Below are positions 1 to 10,664 of a stretch of DNA of 64,000 nt, in pieces. The DNA is from Spirochaetota bacterium (GTDB taxonomy: Bacteria; Spirochaetota; UBA4802; JAFGDQ01), in the NCBI GenBank assembly GCA_043803405.1, contig JAZDKB010000047.1:1-64000 (forward strand), written 5' to 3'. Below the pieces are notes generated by a model. The model ran no database searches and had not been told where the DNA came from. It saw nothing but the letters and a program-made list of their open reading frames with translations. Numbering within the stretch: position 1 is the stretch's first letter; each line of letters opens with the position of its first letter. Made by a program: the position numbers and the translations under genes.

Positions 1-81
1 AATAAATAATATAATATTTATTATTATAAATTGCTTTTTTAATCCTGAAAAATTATTATAGTCGAAAATTAGGGGGTAAAT

Positions 82-987
82 ATGAAACCTGCACTGCTGA
101 TTTTAGCTGCCGGAATGGGCAGCAGATATGGCGGACTGAAACAAATTGATCCTGTAGGCGAAAACGGGGAAACAATTATCGATTTTTCCGTTTATGACGC
201 GATAAAATCAGGTTTTAGCGCAGCAGTCTTCGTAATTCGCAAGGATATTGAAAAAGAATTTAGAGACATAATAGGTAAAAAATTTGAAAAAAGAATAAAT
301 GTTGACTATGTTTTCCAAAAGCTTGACGATATTCCTGCAAATTTCAAGGTTCCTGATAACAGAACTAAGCCATGGGGCACTGGCCAGGCAATTTTATGCG
401 CTCACTCTGTGATTAAAACGCCTTTTGCTGTTATTAATGGGGATGATTTTTACGGTAGGGACTCATTTCAGGTTTTATCCGATTTTCTAACCAACACTGA
501 TCCAAAATCAAACGAATATGCAATAGCTGCTTATATTTTGCAAAATACATTGTCGGAACATGGTTATGTATCCCGCGGCGTTTGCTCTTTAGAGAACGAT
601 AATTATCTTAAAAATATTACTGAATACACAAAAATCAAAAAACAAGGTGAAAAAGTCCTTTCTTCAGATGAATCCGGAGTGAAACATGAGTTTAGCGGCG
701 CGGAATTTGTATCAATGAATATGTTTGGGTTTACTCCAGGAATTTTTGATCATTTACAACAGCAGTTTCATGATTTTTTACAAAATAAAGCTGATGATTT
801 AAAAGCCGAGTTCTTTATTCCTTCTGTTGTAAGTAATTTAATTCAATCGAAACAGGCAAAGGTCAGGGTGCTGCAGTCAAATAGCGTCTGGCTTGGGATT
901 ACTTATCAGGAAGATAAAGAATTTGTAAAAGAACGCATAAAAGAACTGATAAATAAAGGTGTATATCCGAAAAGTTTATGGAATTAA
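82..987 (+). CDS. Sugar-phosphate nucleotidyltransferase (NTP_transferase family)
   Basis: N-terminal LAAGMGSRYGGLKQ motif; KPWGTG and INGDDFYG; RBS AGGGGG upstream. Confidence 0.9.
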   Translation: MKPALLILAAGMGSRYGGLKQIDPVGENGETIIDFSVYDAIKSGFSAAVFVIRKDIEKEFRDIIGKKFEKRINVDYVFQKLDDIPANFKVPDNRTKPWGTGQAILCAHSVIKTPFAVINGDDFYGRDSFQVLSDFLTNTDPKSNEYAIAAYILQNTLSEHGYVSRGVCSLENDNYLKNITEYTKIKKQGEKVLSSDESGVKHEFSGAEFVSMNMFGFTPGIFDHLQQQFHDFLQNKADDLKAEFFIPSVVSNLIQSKQAKVRVLQSNSVWLGITYQEDKEFVKERIKELINKGVYPKSLWN

Positions 988-1100
988 CGATCATTGTGTC
1001 CGATAAATTTGAATTGTGGTATAATAATGGCAAACTAATATTTCGTTATGTTTTTCAATTTTTGCACAATTGGCTACTATACTTAAATCTGATGAAGTAA

Positions 1101-1250
1101 TAGGGCTCAGACCGTATAAATTCAAATTGATTTTGCCACAGAGGCACGGAGTCACAGAGAAGACAAATTAATTATTTTTTATAATAAAAACCAAGAAAAA
1201 ACTCCGTCTCTTTGTGGCAAAATTTAAAATACTTTTTAAGTCGAAATCAT
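1101..1250. mobile_element. MITE/REP-like element, copy 1 (right end degenerate)
   Basis: About 130 bp near-identical to 58961-59132; starts TAGGGCTCAGACCGTATAAAT; inner GCCACAGAGGCACGGAG...CTCCGTCTCTTTGTGGC inverted repeat; lies between convergent genes. Confidence 0.75.
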
Positions 1251-1259
1251 GTGCTATTC

Positions 1260-2033
1260 TTAATTTAAAAGCCATTTTATGCTTTTAAAAATATAAAATA
1301 CGCCAATAATAACAACTGAGATAGAAAATATTATTTTAACAACCCTATCGGGCAAGTACCTCGAAACGTATGGGCCTATCTGTCCGCCGATTATCACGCC
1401 CACACCTGCAAATATCCATATTTCCCAAATAATTAGACCAGCATGAAGATTTAGTATTGTAATTGCCCAGTCGCCTATTGCTTCTACAAGTATTGCCGTA
1501 GCATTTGCTCTTTTTGTCTTTACATTGAGTCCTTTTTCCAGCACCGGCTGTGCCAGTTCGCAGATTCCGGTTCCGGTAGTTGCTGAAAAAAATCCGCCTA
1601 ACGGAGGTACCCACATATATCCGTAAATATCTTCGATAGGAATATTTTCTTTTTTACCGAACGATCGCTTGAAAGCATTTATCAATTGCATTGTTGCGAC
1701 GCCGAAAATAATTACACCTAGAATAAGTTTTAACAGGTTTTCATTTACTATTAGAAGGGCATAGTTTCCTATAATTACGCCAGGTATTGTAAGCATAATC
1801 ATTGTAAAGCCAATTGGAAGCTCAACCATTTTAAACATTATATAGCGTATTGCCCCGCTTGTCATACCTACGGTTTCTGTCGCAATGCCTGTGGCAATGG
1901 CGTTCGGGATCGGAATATTAAGAACAAGATTATAGATCGGCTGAAATAACACTCCACCCGAAAATCCGGAGGAATTGGCAAGTATTGCGACACAAATCGA
2001 TATTGGCAGCATAAACCAGTATTCAAAAGTCAT
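1260..2033 (-). CDS. Sulfite exporter TauE/SafE family membrane protein
   Basis: Multi-TM protein with two repeated halves (SGFSGGVLFQP / TGTGICELAQP) and GVIIGGQIGP. Confidence 0.8.
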   Translation of the reverse strand: MTFEYWFMLPISICVAILANSSGFSGGVLFQPIYNLVLNIPIPNAIATGIATETVGMTSGAIRYIMFKMVELPIGFTMIMLTIPGVIIGNYALLIVNENLLKLILGVIIFGVATMQLINAFKRSFGKKENIPIEDIYGYMWVPPLGGFFSATTGTGICELAQPVLEKGLNVKTKRANATAILVEAIGDWAITILNLHAGLIIWEIWIFAGVGVIIGGQIGPYVSRYLPDRVVKIIFSISVVIIGVFYIFKSIKWLLN

Positions 2034-2131
2034 TTAAATAGTAATCCTTATGTATTTTTTTATAGTATTTAAGAGTAAATCCCAAAACCTATATAAACAC
2101 AATGTTATTTACAAGACGATAACAATCAATC

Positions 2132-2911
2132 TTAATCATTTCCTACTGTGAAACCGCTGACTGCCTCGTCTATTTCCTTTTGAGAAACTTCAGATTTTAT
2201 TTGATATGTTTTATAAATATTTAAAAATCCCTGCAGTTCCGATAAATCGTCTATAATGCTGGTTAATAATTTAATGACATTTTTTCTCTGTTCTATTATA
2301 TCTTTGAATTCAGATATGTGTAATCGCTTTTCTTTAATAATCTTTTCGTTATTTTTGTCCGGCATTATTTGCGTTATTGAATTATGAATATCGATTAATG
2401 TGAATTTATGCTTGTTGAGCTCATTTCTGACCTGATTGATCATGTCGCTCAGATTTTTGTTCATGTCGTTAATTAAGCTTGCGATAAGGCCGATTTCGTC
2501 TTCCGTCATAACCGGTACTTTTACGGTAAAATCTCCGGCAGCAAGTTTTTTGGTTGCGTTAACGATTCCGTCCATGGGTGAAATGATATCCTTTGTAAAC
2601 AGTATAAACGCGGAAATAATGCTGGCAGAAACGAAAAGCAGGAAGAGTATCATTCTGTTTCTTAATTTATTTAATGGTTCAAATACATTTTCACTGTTAA
2701 CATTTTTTTGTATTTCGGCAATCTGTATTTTTAATCCTGATTTTTGAATTTCATTATAAAATTTATTTTTTATACTGTTTTCCAGCTGTGGTGAACTGAC
2801 TTCCAGAATAATTTCCGCGCTTACCGATATGGATACAATTGCTATAAGCAAAAAATACAGGAGCAGCTTCTTTTTAAGACGCGATATTTTTTTTGAAGAA
2901 TGTAGTTTCAT
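2132..2911 (-). CDS. Membrane protein with 2 TM + HAMP domain (MCP-like, no full signalling domain)
   Basis: Two hydrophobic helices; HAMP signature IISPMDGIVNATKKLAAGDFTVKVPVMTEDEIGLIASLINDM. Confidence 0.75.
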   Translation of the reverse strand: MKLHSSKKISRLKKKLLLYFLLIAIVSISVSAEIILEVSSPQLENSIKNKFYNEIQKSGLKIQIAEIQKNVNSENVFEPLNKLRNRMILFLLFVSASIISAFILFTKDIISPMDGIVNATKKLAAGDFTVKVPVMTEDEIGLIASLINDMNKNLSDMINQVRNELNKHKFTLIDIHNSITQIMPDKNNEKIIKEKRLHISEFKDIIEQRKNVIKLLTSIIDDLSELQGFLNIYKTYQIKSEVSQKEIDEAVSGFTVGND

Positions 2912-3107
2912 TTTATTTCCCTGTTTACTTTAAGTCCAAACAAGCTGCAATTACTGTAATATTTGGCCGACGTAAAAGGTGGAGATAACTGCGATAATTC
3001 ATTGGAAAACACAGTAAATTTTATATAACATTATTACATAAGATTTTAACTTTGTCAAGGAATGGTCTGGATTATCTGTTTTCAGGAAGGTCAAGAGGTT
3101 AAGTGAA

Positions 3108-3797
3108 TTAGCGTAGTGATCCGCTTATCGTTTCAGATTCAAAGTCTCCTTTTGCAATGTTCGGATTACTTGTAATTAATTTCTGATAGTATTCGTTGAA
3201 AGCCTGTGTTAGTTCTGTGTATGGAAGATCCGCAAAAGTACCGCGGTCTTTCAAGTATTCCATATTTTTATTTCCATCCCGGTCGAAGTGCTGGTAAATA
3301 GAATCGTTTCTACCATCAAATTCAAGCGGTTGAACGCCTGAAATTTTACACAGCAGGAGATTAAAAGCCGGTGTAGCTTTTACCCATTTACCGTCAAGAT
3401 ATAACTCAGTATATGCATGATAAATAAATATATCCGTCTGCATCATTTTTAAAAGGCGTTTGCTAGTGAAGTGATTTTTAACATCGGCAAAATGCAGACG
3501 GCTGGGTATTCCCATTACGCGCGATGTAGCTGCAAGAAGAGCTGCCTTGGTAATACAAAAACCGTATTTTTTTTCCAGCGTTGTGCTTGCTTTCATACCA
3601 TAACGGCTTAAATCCAGCCTGTACGGATCGTACTTTATATCGTCGCGCACTGCGTAATACAGTCTAACTGCTTTATCTATATCGGCGCGGCTGTTCCCCG
3701 CGGCCGATCTGGCGTATTCAATCACTTGCGGCGAATCGCTATCGATGAATTCAGTCGGTTTTAGATAAATTGCCAATTCTTTTGTTTTATCAGGCAT
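3108..3797 (-). CDS. Transglutaminase-like family protein
   Basis: GFCITKAALLAA (Cys), HAYTELYLDGKWV (His), YYAVRDDIKYDPY. Confidence 0.85.
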   Translation of the reverse strand: MPDKTKELAIYLKPTEFIDSDSPQVIEYARSAAGNSRADIDKAVRLYYAVRDDIKYDPYRLDLSRYGMKASTTLEKKYGFCITKAALLAATSRVMGIPSRLHFADVKNHFTSKRLLKMMQTDIFIYHAYTELYLDGKWVKATPAFNLLLCKISGVQPLEFDGRNDSIYQHFDRDGNKNMEYLKDRGTFADLPYTELTQAFNEYYQKLITSNPNIAKGDFESETISGSLR

Positions 3798-4205
3798 CTT
3801 TCTTTTCTTTTATTAACCTAGAGTTTTTTAAAATGTAATATTCAAAATAAACTTACTATATTAAGATATTGGTACAGTAAAGGAGCATCCTTTATACTGG
3901 TGTTTCAAAAACTGTAATGATCCTTTGTGATCTGTTAAACACGTTTTTATTGATTTTGTTATTATAGTAATATAGATAATATTTTTATTATATATTTGAT
4001 ATAATCATTAGGAGTTTTAAAATTTGCAGAGATATAATATTTTTTAAAGTTTTTTAAAATAGTATTGAATATTTAGTTTTTATTTATTTGATCTGTAAAA
4101 TACGCAATATTAAGAATTGTAAAAATGCTAACTATCTACGATTTCATTAAACTTTTGTTGCACAACTCATGCCAACTGTATTAGGCTTTCATTATTATAG
4201 CATCA

Positions 4206-4922
4206 TTATTTTTTTTCCCGGTAGCTTTTTTCCATATTAACAAGAATTTTACCAAATTCAATAGAATGTTTTTTCATTGCTTTAAAAGCTGCCTCACCAT
4301 TGCCAGATATAACAGTTTTGACTATATTATTATGCATTCCAACTGGATGTAATTGAGGAGCAGATTCCACTGCTTCTACAACTTTTTTAGTTAAATCCAT
4401 TAAAGCTCTTACAATAGCTTCAAAAAATTTATTGCCGCACATCTCAGCTAAAATAAAATGCATTCTTTGTTTTTTAGCTATATCAACAGATAATGAAGGC
4501 TCAGGAAGTTTTTCGTCGTCCAGTGTATTTTTAAGCATTTGAGCATATTCTGGATTAATGTTTAGAGCTGCCAATCTGGCAACTTCAGGTTCCACGAGAA
4601 TCCTCACTTGTGATAATTCGGGAACAGAAATTTTACCAGTTAAAAATAAATCCAGAAAGACATCTGCTACATGATCGAATGTAATATCTGTAACATATGC
4701 TCCGCCGGTTGATCCCTGGCGTGTTATTATAAATCCGGAATTTTCAAGTTTCCGAAGTGCTTCACGGATTGCTGTACGGCTTACTTTGAATTCTTTAGCG
4801 AGTTCCCGTTCAGGAGGCAATTTATCTGAAGATTTGAAATGACCTAGAAAAATTGATTCCTTTAATTGTTCAGCGACTGTTTCTGAAATACGAGCTTGTA
4901 CAATAGGTTTAAATTTAGCCAT
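4206..4922 (-). CDS. GntR/FadR family transcriptional regulator
   Basis: KLPPERELAKEFKVSRTAIREAL wHTH plus FCD domain; start moved to MAKFKP (ATG at 4922); divergent from the catabolic operon. Confidence 0.92.
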   Translation of the reverse strand: MAKFKPIVQARISETVAEQLKESIFLGHFKSSDKLPPERELAKEFKVSRTAIREALRKLENSGFIITRQGSTGGAYVTDITFDHVADVFLDLFLTGKISVPELSQVRILVEPEVARLAALNINPEYAQMLKNTLDDEKLPEPSLSVDIAKKQRMHFILAEMCGNKFFEAIVRALMDLTKKVVEAVESAPQLHPVGMHNNIVKTVISGNGEAAFKAMKKHSIEFGKILVNMEKSYREKK

Positions 4923-5143
4923 TTTTTTTTCATTTATACAGAGTAAACCTGAAATTTTTACAAATAATTTAAAATATATGAAAACAAAGCAACAATAAAA
5001 AAGTAACACATTACGCTAAAAGATTTTACCGAAAAATAACAAATATTGAGTGTATTTTGCATCGAAACCAACGTAAAAATATTTATTAAATTAACTGAAA
5101 AAGCTACATGTATAGAAAATTTTTAACAGGAGATAAATTTTTA

Positions 5144-5171
5144 TTGACAAAATAAGTGATTGGTCTAATGT
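5144..5171 (+). promoter_or_regulatory. Sigma70-type promoter of the catabolic operon
   Basis: TTGACA (5144-5149), 16-nt spacer, TAATGT (5166-5171); overlapped by operator 1. Confidence 0.6.
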
Positions 5172-5184
5172 TTAGACCAATCAC
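5156..5184. promoter_or_regulatory. FadR-type operator 1
   Basis: Perfect 13-bp arms GTGATTGGTCTAA-TGT-TTAGACCAATCAC; TGGT...ACCA core typical of FadR-subfamily sites. Confidence 0.8.
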
Positions 5185-5230
5185 CACTCTGTGATGACAT
5201 AATCATTGTTTGTTTTAAGAATAATTTTTG

Positions 5231-5266
5231 TAATTTAATTGGTCTAATATTAGACCAATTAAATTA
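5231..5266. promoter_or_regulatory. FadR-type operator 2
   Basis: Perfect 36-bp palindrome TAATTTAATTGGTCTAATATTAGACCAATTAAATTA with the same TTGGTCTAA half-site. Confidence 0.8.
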
Positions 5267-5317
5267 TCATTGTAAAAGATTTTTTTAAATAATATCAATA
5301 ACCATATAGAGTGTACA

Positions 5318-6832
5318 ATGAATATTTCTACTAACTTAGAAAATGCTGCATTCTATTTTCCTAACCGGGTAGCTCTCAGTGATGGCGGACTTGAAATTAC
5401 ATATAAAGAATTTAATGATAAAGCGAACAGAGTTGCAACAGGCCTAGTCGCCTTAGGAGTAAAACCTGGTGAATATATTGGCTTGTTAGCGCCAAATTCT
5501 GCAGATTGGCTTATTTTCTACTTTGGTTTATTAAAAGCTGGTGCTGTGGCTGTAACTTATTCAAGTCAGCTAACTGCCAATGAAATGTCTTTACTGATAA
5601 ATCATTCAAAACCGAAATTTCTTTTTACTTATGATGATAAAATAACTCATCTGCAAAATTTAAAAGCTGAAATAGGTATAGAAACAATAATTTCTCCCAG
5701 TGGAAATATGACACTTAACCAATTAATGGGAAAGGGAACAGGATTATTTAAAGCACTTGATCGTGACCGCAAAGACACAGCTGCAATTCTTTATACTGGC
5801 GGTACTACAGGCATACCAAAAGGAGTAATGCTGACACACGAAAATATCAATGTCTCAAGTCATAATGTTGCATTTTGTGAACATTCTACAGAAGCTGATT
5901 GCGTTCTTTGTTTTTTACCTTTAAATCACGTATTCGGTCAGATGCATATTATGAATGCAACTATTTTAAGTTGCGGATGCTTAGAGATTCTTCCAAGTTT
6001 CAACCTAGATCGCGTTTTGGAAATCATAAAGGTCGGCAGGATAACAAAATTTTTTTCTGTCCCGACCGTATATGCCCGATTACTGACTCTTACTAAATTA
6101 AAAGAGAAATTAGGTAATATTAGATACTGTTTTTCTGCAGCTGCCAGTATGGCTTCTGAAATCGTTCGCGAATGGAAAGAACTGACAGGCCTTACCATTC
6201 ATGAAGCATATGGTATGACGGAATCCGCTTCAATTGTAACTTATAATCATTATTATCCCGATCGTCATGTAATCGGATCAGTGGGAACTCCTGCTCCTGG
6301 TGTTGAAGTTCAGATCAGAGATGAAAAAGGAAATATATTAAAAAATGGTGAAGATGGTGAAATATGCATACGCGGACAAAATATTATGGAAGCATACCTT
6401 AACAATCCTCAGGATACAGAATCTGCGTTTTGGGAAGAAAGTTGGTTTCGGTCCGGTGATCGCGGTCATATCGATGAAAATGGATATTTATATATTGTAG
6501 ATAGAATTAAAGATCTGATAATAACAGGCGGTGAGAATGTATATCCACGTGAGGTGGAAGAATATTTATATGCCAGACCAGAAATAGAGGAATGTACGGT
6601 CATAGGGCTTCCTGATAAAGAATGGGGGGAGCGGGTAGCTGCCTTTATTGTACCTAGAAAGGATAAATGCATTGTGATTGAAGATATTAAAACTTTTCTC
6701 AAGACACATTTATCATCTTTCAAAGTTCCTAAAGAATATTTTATAGTCAATGAACTTCCTAAAAGTCCGGCTGGTAAAATCCTGAAACGCGAATTAAAAA
6801 AACAGATATTGGAAAAAACGAACAAAATGTGA
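5318..6832 (+). CDS. AMP-dependent acyl-CoA synthetase (carboxylate--CoA ligase)
   Basis: YTGGTTGIPKG P-loop, YGMTE, WFRSGD, DRIKDLIITGGENVYP, PKSPAGKILK. Confidence 0.95.
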   Translation: MNISTNLENAAFYFPNRVALSDGGLEITYKEFNDKANRVATGLVALGVKPGEYIGLLAPNSADWLIFYFGLLKAGAVAVTYSSQLTANEMSLLINHSKPKFLFTYDDKITHLQNLKAEIGIETIISPSGNMTLNQLMGKGTGLFKALDRDRKDTAAILYTGGTTGIPKGVMLTHENINVSSHNVAFCEHSTEADCVLCFLPLNHVFGQMHIMNATILSCGCLEILPSFNLDRVLEIIKVGRITKFFSVPTVYARLLTLTKLKEKLGNIRYCFSAAASMASEIVREWKELTGLTIHEAYGMTESASIVTYNHYYPDRHVIGSVGTPAPGVEVQIRDEKGNILKNGEDGEICIRGQNIMEAYLNNPQDTESAFWEESWFRSGDRGHIDENGYLYIVDRIKDLIITGGENVYPREVEEYLYARPEIEECTVIGLPDKEWGERVAAFIVPRKDKCIVIEDIKTFLKTHLSSFKVPKEYFIVNELPKSPAGKILKRELKKQILEKTNKM

Positions 6833-6932
6833 TGAAAACTAAGTAATAAAATAATAGCCTTCGAAAAGGTTGCTGATTTTGTGCGTTAGGCAGCATTAGC
6901 TGCAAAAAATAAAAAAATTAGGAGGGTTATAG

Positions 6933-7958
6933 ATGAAAAGAAAGTTTAATCTTTTGTGCGTATTTATTTATGCAATGATTGGGATTTTCTGCATATCGAA
7001 TTCTGTTTTTACTGAAGAACAAAAGGTGCTTAAGCTAAAATATTCAAATTTCTTCCCGCCGGTACATCCAATCAGTAAACTTGCAGAAGAATGGTGCAAG
7101 GAAATCGAGAAAGCGACCGGAGGTCGGGTAACATTCTCCTATTATCCCGGAAATACACTAATGCCACCCACGCAATCTTATGATGGTGTGGTAAAAGGAA
7201 TTGCTGATTTAGGGGAAAGTCTAATGGCTTACTCAGCCGGACGGTTTCCGCTTTCAGGTGTTTTTGGACTTCCAGTAGGTTTTTCAAGCGGATACCAAGT
7301 TACAAAATGCATTAATGTATTCTACAAAAAATTTCAACCAAAAGAGCTTTCCGATACAAAAGTAATGTATCTCCACGGCCATGGACCAGGTCTTATTCAT
7401 ACAAAAAAAGTAATAGCATCGCTCGATGATATTAAAGGTATGAGGATCAAAGTTAATGCAGAAAATGCAGAAATCGTAAAAGTATTAGGCGGAGCTCCGG
7501 TTACTATGCCTATTACAGAGGCTTATGATGCTCTTTCTAAAGGCCTGCTTGAGGGACTTCAGCTTCCTATGGATACGTTGGAAGGCTGGAAATTCGGCGA
7601 GATTACAAAATGTACAATTATAAATAATGCCATGTCTTATACTGCACCTATGTTCGTAGTAATGAACAAGGAAAAGTGGAATTTAATTTCCAAGGCAGAT
7701 CAGATTGCTATTGAAAAAATTAATGAACGATGGATCGAAAAACAGGCCAATCTGTGGAATGCCATGGATAAATCAGCCGAAAAGTTTGCACTTTCAAAGG
7801 GTGCAAAAATAATAAGAGCATCCAAGGCTGATGTTGCAAAGACAACAGAAAAAATGAAAGCAGTATTTCCTGTTTATCTGAAAGATTTAAAGGTAAAAGG
7901 ACTACCGGGAGATGAAGCTTTGAAGTTTGTCATGGAGTATATCAAGAAGAATCCGTAA
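6933..7958 (+). CDS. dctP: TRAP transporter substrate-binding protein
   Basis: Signal peptide; DIKGMRIK, LGGAPVTMPITEAYDALSKG, VVMNKEKWN; RBS AGGAGG. Confidence 0.92.
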   Translation: MKRKFNLLCVFIYAMIGIFCISNSVFTEEQKVLKLKYSNFFPPVHPISKLAEEWCKEIEKATGGRVTFSYYPGNTLMPPTQSYDGVVKGIADLGESLMAYSAGRFPLSGVFGLPVGFSSGYQVTKCINVFYKKFQPKELSDTKVMYLHGHGPGLIHTKKVIASLDDIKGMRIKVNAENAEIVKVLGGAPVTMPITEAYDALSKGLLEGLQLPMDTLEGWKFGEITKCTIINNAMSYTAPMFVVMNKEKWNLISKADQIAIEKINERWIEKQANLWNAMDKSAEKFALSKGAKIIRASKADVAKTTEKMKAVFPVYLKDLKVKGLPGDEALKFVMEYIKKNP

Positions 7959-7999
7959 AAAAGAATGTATAATAAAATCCCCGGGGTATTCCTCCGTCC

Positions 8000-8039
8000 A
8001 TATGCTAACGCTTCGGGATTGGCCGGAGCGTTAGCATAT
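8000..8039 (+). terminator. Strong intra-operon hairpin after dctP
   Basis: ATATGCTAACGCTTCGG-GATTGG-CCGGAGCGTTAGCATAT followed by an AT/T-rich tract. Confidence 0.6.
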
Positions 8040-8283
8040 ATATTTTATATGAAGGTATTATTGATTAATGAATTAACAAATTGGAACATTTACAATATAT
8101 ATGAATTAAAGATTAAGCCTTGTACAAAAGAGTATTTTTTAAATCCAGTAATATTAATATAAAGTTTATTTAGACGTAAAGGGGGTGGTACACAATAATT
8201 ACTCATGCAGAGGATAAAGGTTATTGTACCATCCGTTATGCACTAACTATATGTTAAATCATGACGGTTACATGGAGGATATA

Positions 8284-8766
8284 ATGAATCGCTTTGCGAC
8301 AATTATATACAAATTAGATATTATCTTTATTTCAATTTCGGGGGTGGTACTTATATTTATGATGATAGTGACCCTGTCCGATGTCATTATGAGAGCATTC
8401 GGAAGACCTATTGTAGGAACTATCGAGATTATTACATTTTCCGGTGCAGTAGTTATTGGCTTTGCCATACCATATTCTACATGGAAAAGGTCACATGTTT
8501 TTGTAGACTTTCTAACTGAAAAGCTTTCCCCATTTTCAAAAAAGATTGTGAATTTTATTACAAAGTCCGCGGCGATTTTGCTCTTCCTATTCATTGCTTA
8601 CAACTTTATAATCTACAGCCTAGACCTTATAAAAACAGGAGAGGTTAGTCCAACTTTTAAGATCCCATTCTACCCAATAACGTTTGGCTTAGTTGTAGCG
8701 ACCCTTCTCGAATCGCTAACTCTATTTTGTGATCTTTTTAGTTCGCTAAAAGGAGATAATAAATGA
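8284..8766 (+). CDS. dctQ: TRAP transporter small permease
   Basis: Four TM; DVIMRAFGRPIVGTIE and HVFVD motifs; start moved to ATG 8284 after GGAGGA. Confidence 0.9.
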   Translation: MNRFATIIYKLDIIFISISGVVLIFMMIVTLSDVIMRAFGRPIVGTIEIITFSGAVVIGFAIPYSTWKRSHVFVDFLTEKLSPFSKKIVNFITKSAAILLFLFIAYNFIIYSLDLIKTGEVSPTFKIPFYPITFGLVVATLLESLTLFCDLFSSLKGDNK

Positions 8767-10067
8767 GTGAAGTCACTGTTGGAATCATAGGACTTATAGT
8801 AATGCTTTTAGTGTTTTTAACTGGTATCGAACTTGCATTTGGAATGGCAATAGTTGGTTTTATTGGATTTGCATATCTTTGCAGTTTTAGTGCGGCTTCA
8901 AATCTCCTTGTTAAAGATGCTTTTGATACATTTACATCGTATGGTTATACAGTCATACCTTTATTTGTACTTATGGGACAGGTTGCATCGCATGCAGACA
9001 TAGCTAAGAGGCTGTACATGGCTGCGCATAAGTTTGTAGGCCATATTCCTGGCGGCTTAGCAATGACTACGGTAGTAGGTGCTACGCTTTTTAAGGCAAT
9101 GTGCGGTTCAACTCTTGCAACTGCTGCTACATTTTCAGGGATCGCTATTCCGGAAATGGACAGGTATAATTATAATAAAAAACTATCTGCAGGAGTTGTA
9201 GCTTCAGTCGGTACACTTGGGATGCTAATCCCACCGAGTATAGTCCTTATTATCTTTGGAATTGTCACTGAACAGTCCATCGGAAAACTTTTTCTTGCAG
9301 GAGTTATTCCTGGGCTTCTTATTTCACTTTTTTTCATTTTAATTATATACGGATGGGTAAAGATCGATCCATCCGTAGCACCTAAGTCCATTAAAGCATC
9401 TTCAAAAGAAAGATTGCATGCCTTACCTGAATTTATCTGGGTAGGTATTATTTTCAGTATTGTAATTGGTGGAATGATGACGGGTATATTCAGTCCAACT
9501 GAGGCGGGTACTATGGGCACTATTGGAGTTTTCATCCTTGCCGGGGTACGTAAAGAGTTAGGTGCGAAAACTCTTATTAAATCCTTTGATGAATCTCTTA
9601 GAGCAGCCTGCATGGTTATTATACTTATCTGGGGATCTGTTGTGCTGGGCCATTTCCTTGCCATTACTGAGATACCATTTGTTGCAGCGAAGTGGGTAAC
9701 ATCTCTGCCCATTCCCAGATTTTTAATAATGGTAATCATTATACTGATATACTTAATAGGCGGATCATTTATGGATGATCTTGCATTTATGATCCTTGCT
9801 ACTCCTATCTTATACCCGGCTGTGATAAAGCTGGGTTATGATCCCATTTGGTTCGGTATAATGGTAAGTATTACAATTATGATCGGCGTTATAATCCCTC
9901 CGGTTGCTATCTGTGTCTTTGTGGTCAAGAATATTACGGGTATACCCTTTAATGTAATCTATAAAGGCGTTTTGCCATTTTTAATTGGTTTATTTTTGTG
10001 CGCCTTTTTGTTGTTTGTGTTTCCGGATATTGCACTTTTTCTTCCGAGGATTTTAATGGGTAATTAG
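8763..10067 (+). CDS. dctM: TRAP transporter large permease
   Basis: IPLFVLMG, GTLGMLIPPS, FSPTEAG, GYDPIWFG; overlaps the dctQ stop. Confidence 0.95.
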   Translation: MSEVTVGIIGLIVMLLVFLTGIELAFGMAIVGFIGFAYLCSFSAASNLLVKDAFDTFTSYGYTVIPLFVLMGQVASHADIAKRLYMAAHKFVGHIPGGLAMTTVVGATLFKAMCGSTLATAATFSGIAIPEMDRYNYNKKLSAGVVASVGTLGMLIPPSIVLIIFGIVTEQSIGKLFLAGVIPGLLISLFFILIIYGWVKIDPSVAPKSIKASSKERLHALPEFIWVGIIFSIVIGGMMTGIFSPTEAGTMGTIGVFILAGVRKELGAKTLIKSFDESLRAACMVIILIWGSVVLGHFLAITEIPFVAAKWVTSLPIPRFLIMVIIILIYLIGGSFMDDLAFMILATPILYPAVIKLGYDPIWFGIMVSITIMIGVIIPPVAICVFVVKNITGIPFNVIYKGVLPFLIGLFLCAFLLFVFPDIALFLPRILMGN

Positions 10068-10664
10068 TGAACGCAGCTTAATATTTTTTATACGGGCAGT
10101 ATATCATCCATTGTTGCTAGGATTGAATTTCCCAAAGGAATCCCCGTGATACACGTTCTAAGCCGCTGATAAACTTTTAGAAATGGCAGTTTAGAAATGG
10201 CTATGAAATCAAACTCGCGGTTAATTAATATTCCGGCACATCAGATGGATGTTGCCAGAGTGATTATTATGGCTAACATTATATTTTTTGCTTTTTAACC
10301 GAGTAAATGATAATCATGAAACGAATTGAAAAGAGATTTAAATTTTGTATAAGGAAGAGTTGATAAATATAGCGTAAATTGATATAATAGGGATAATATA
10401 TGCAGGGAATATGGACAGCAGGACTACCCAGAAAATGACACTGGAAGGATTAAAGGCCATTCTTGCGGATTCGAAAGATGAGTTTGTAAAAAGAGCATTT
10501 AGGAAACGCTTCCATGAATAAGTCTTCCTTATTTTGCCCTTTTGCTTAAATTCAATTAGATTAAGAATGACAAAGAATACCTCCTCTAGTCTCTAGATAA
10601 TGATTCTTTTTTTCTCTGAGGAAATCCTTTCTATAAATTAAGTACAGAATTAAAGGAAAAACAT

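Noticed and set aside
3800..4205. att direct repeat of the tRNA-His 3' end at the left edge of the catabolic cluster
   Set aside because: No copy of TGGGTGGCTGACGGGG was found by eye, so the island boundaries are unsupported.
4923..5009. N-terminal extension of the FadR ORF
   Set aside because: Low-complexity AT-rich sequence; the domain begins at MAKFKP.
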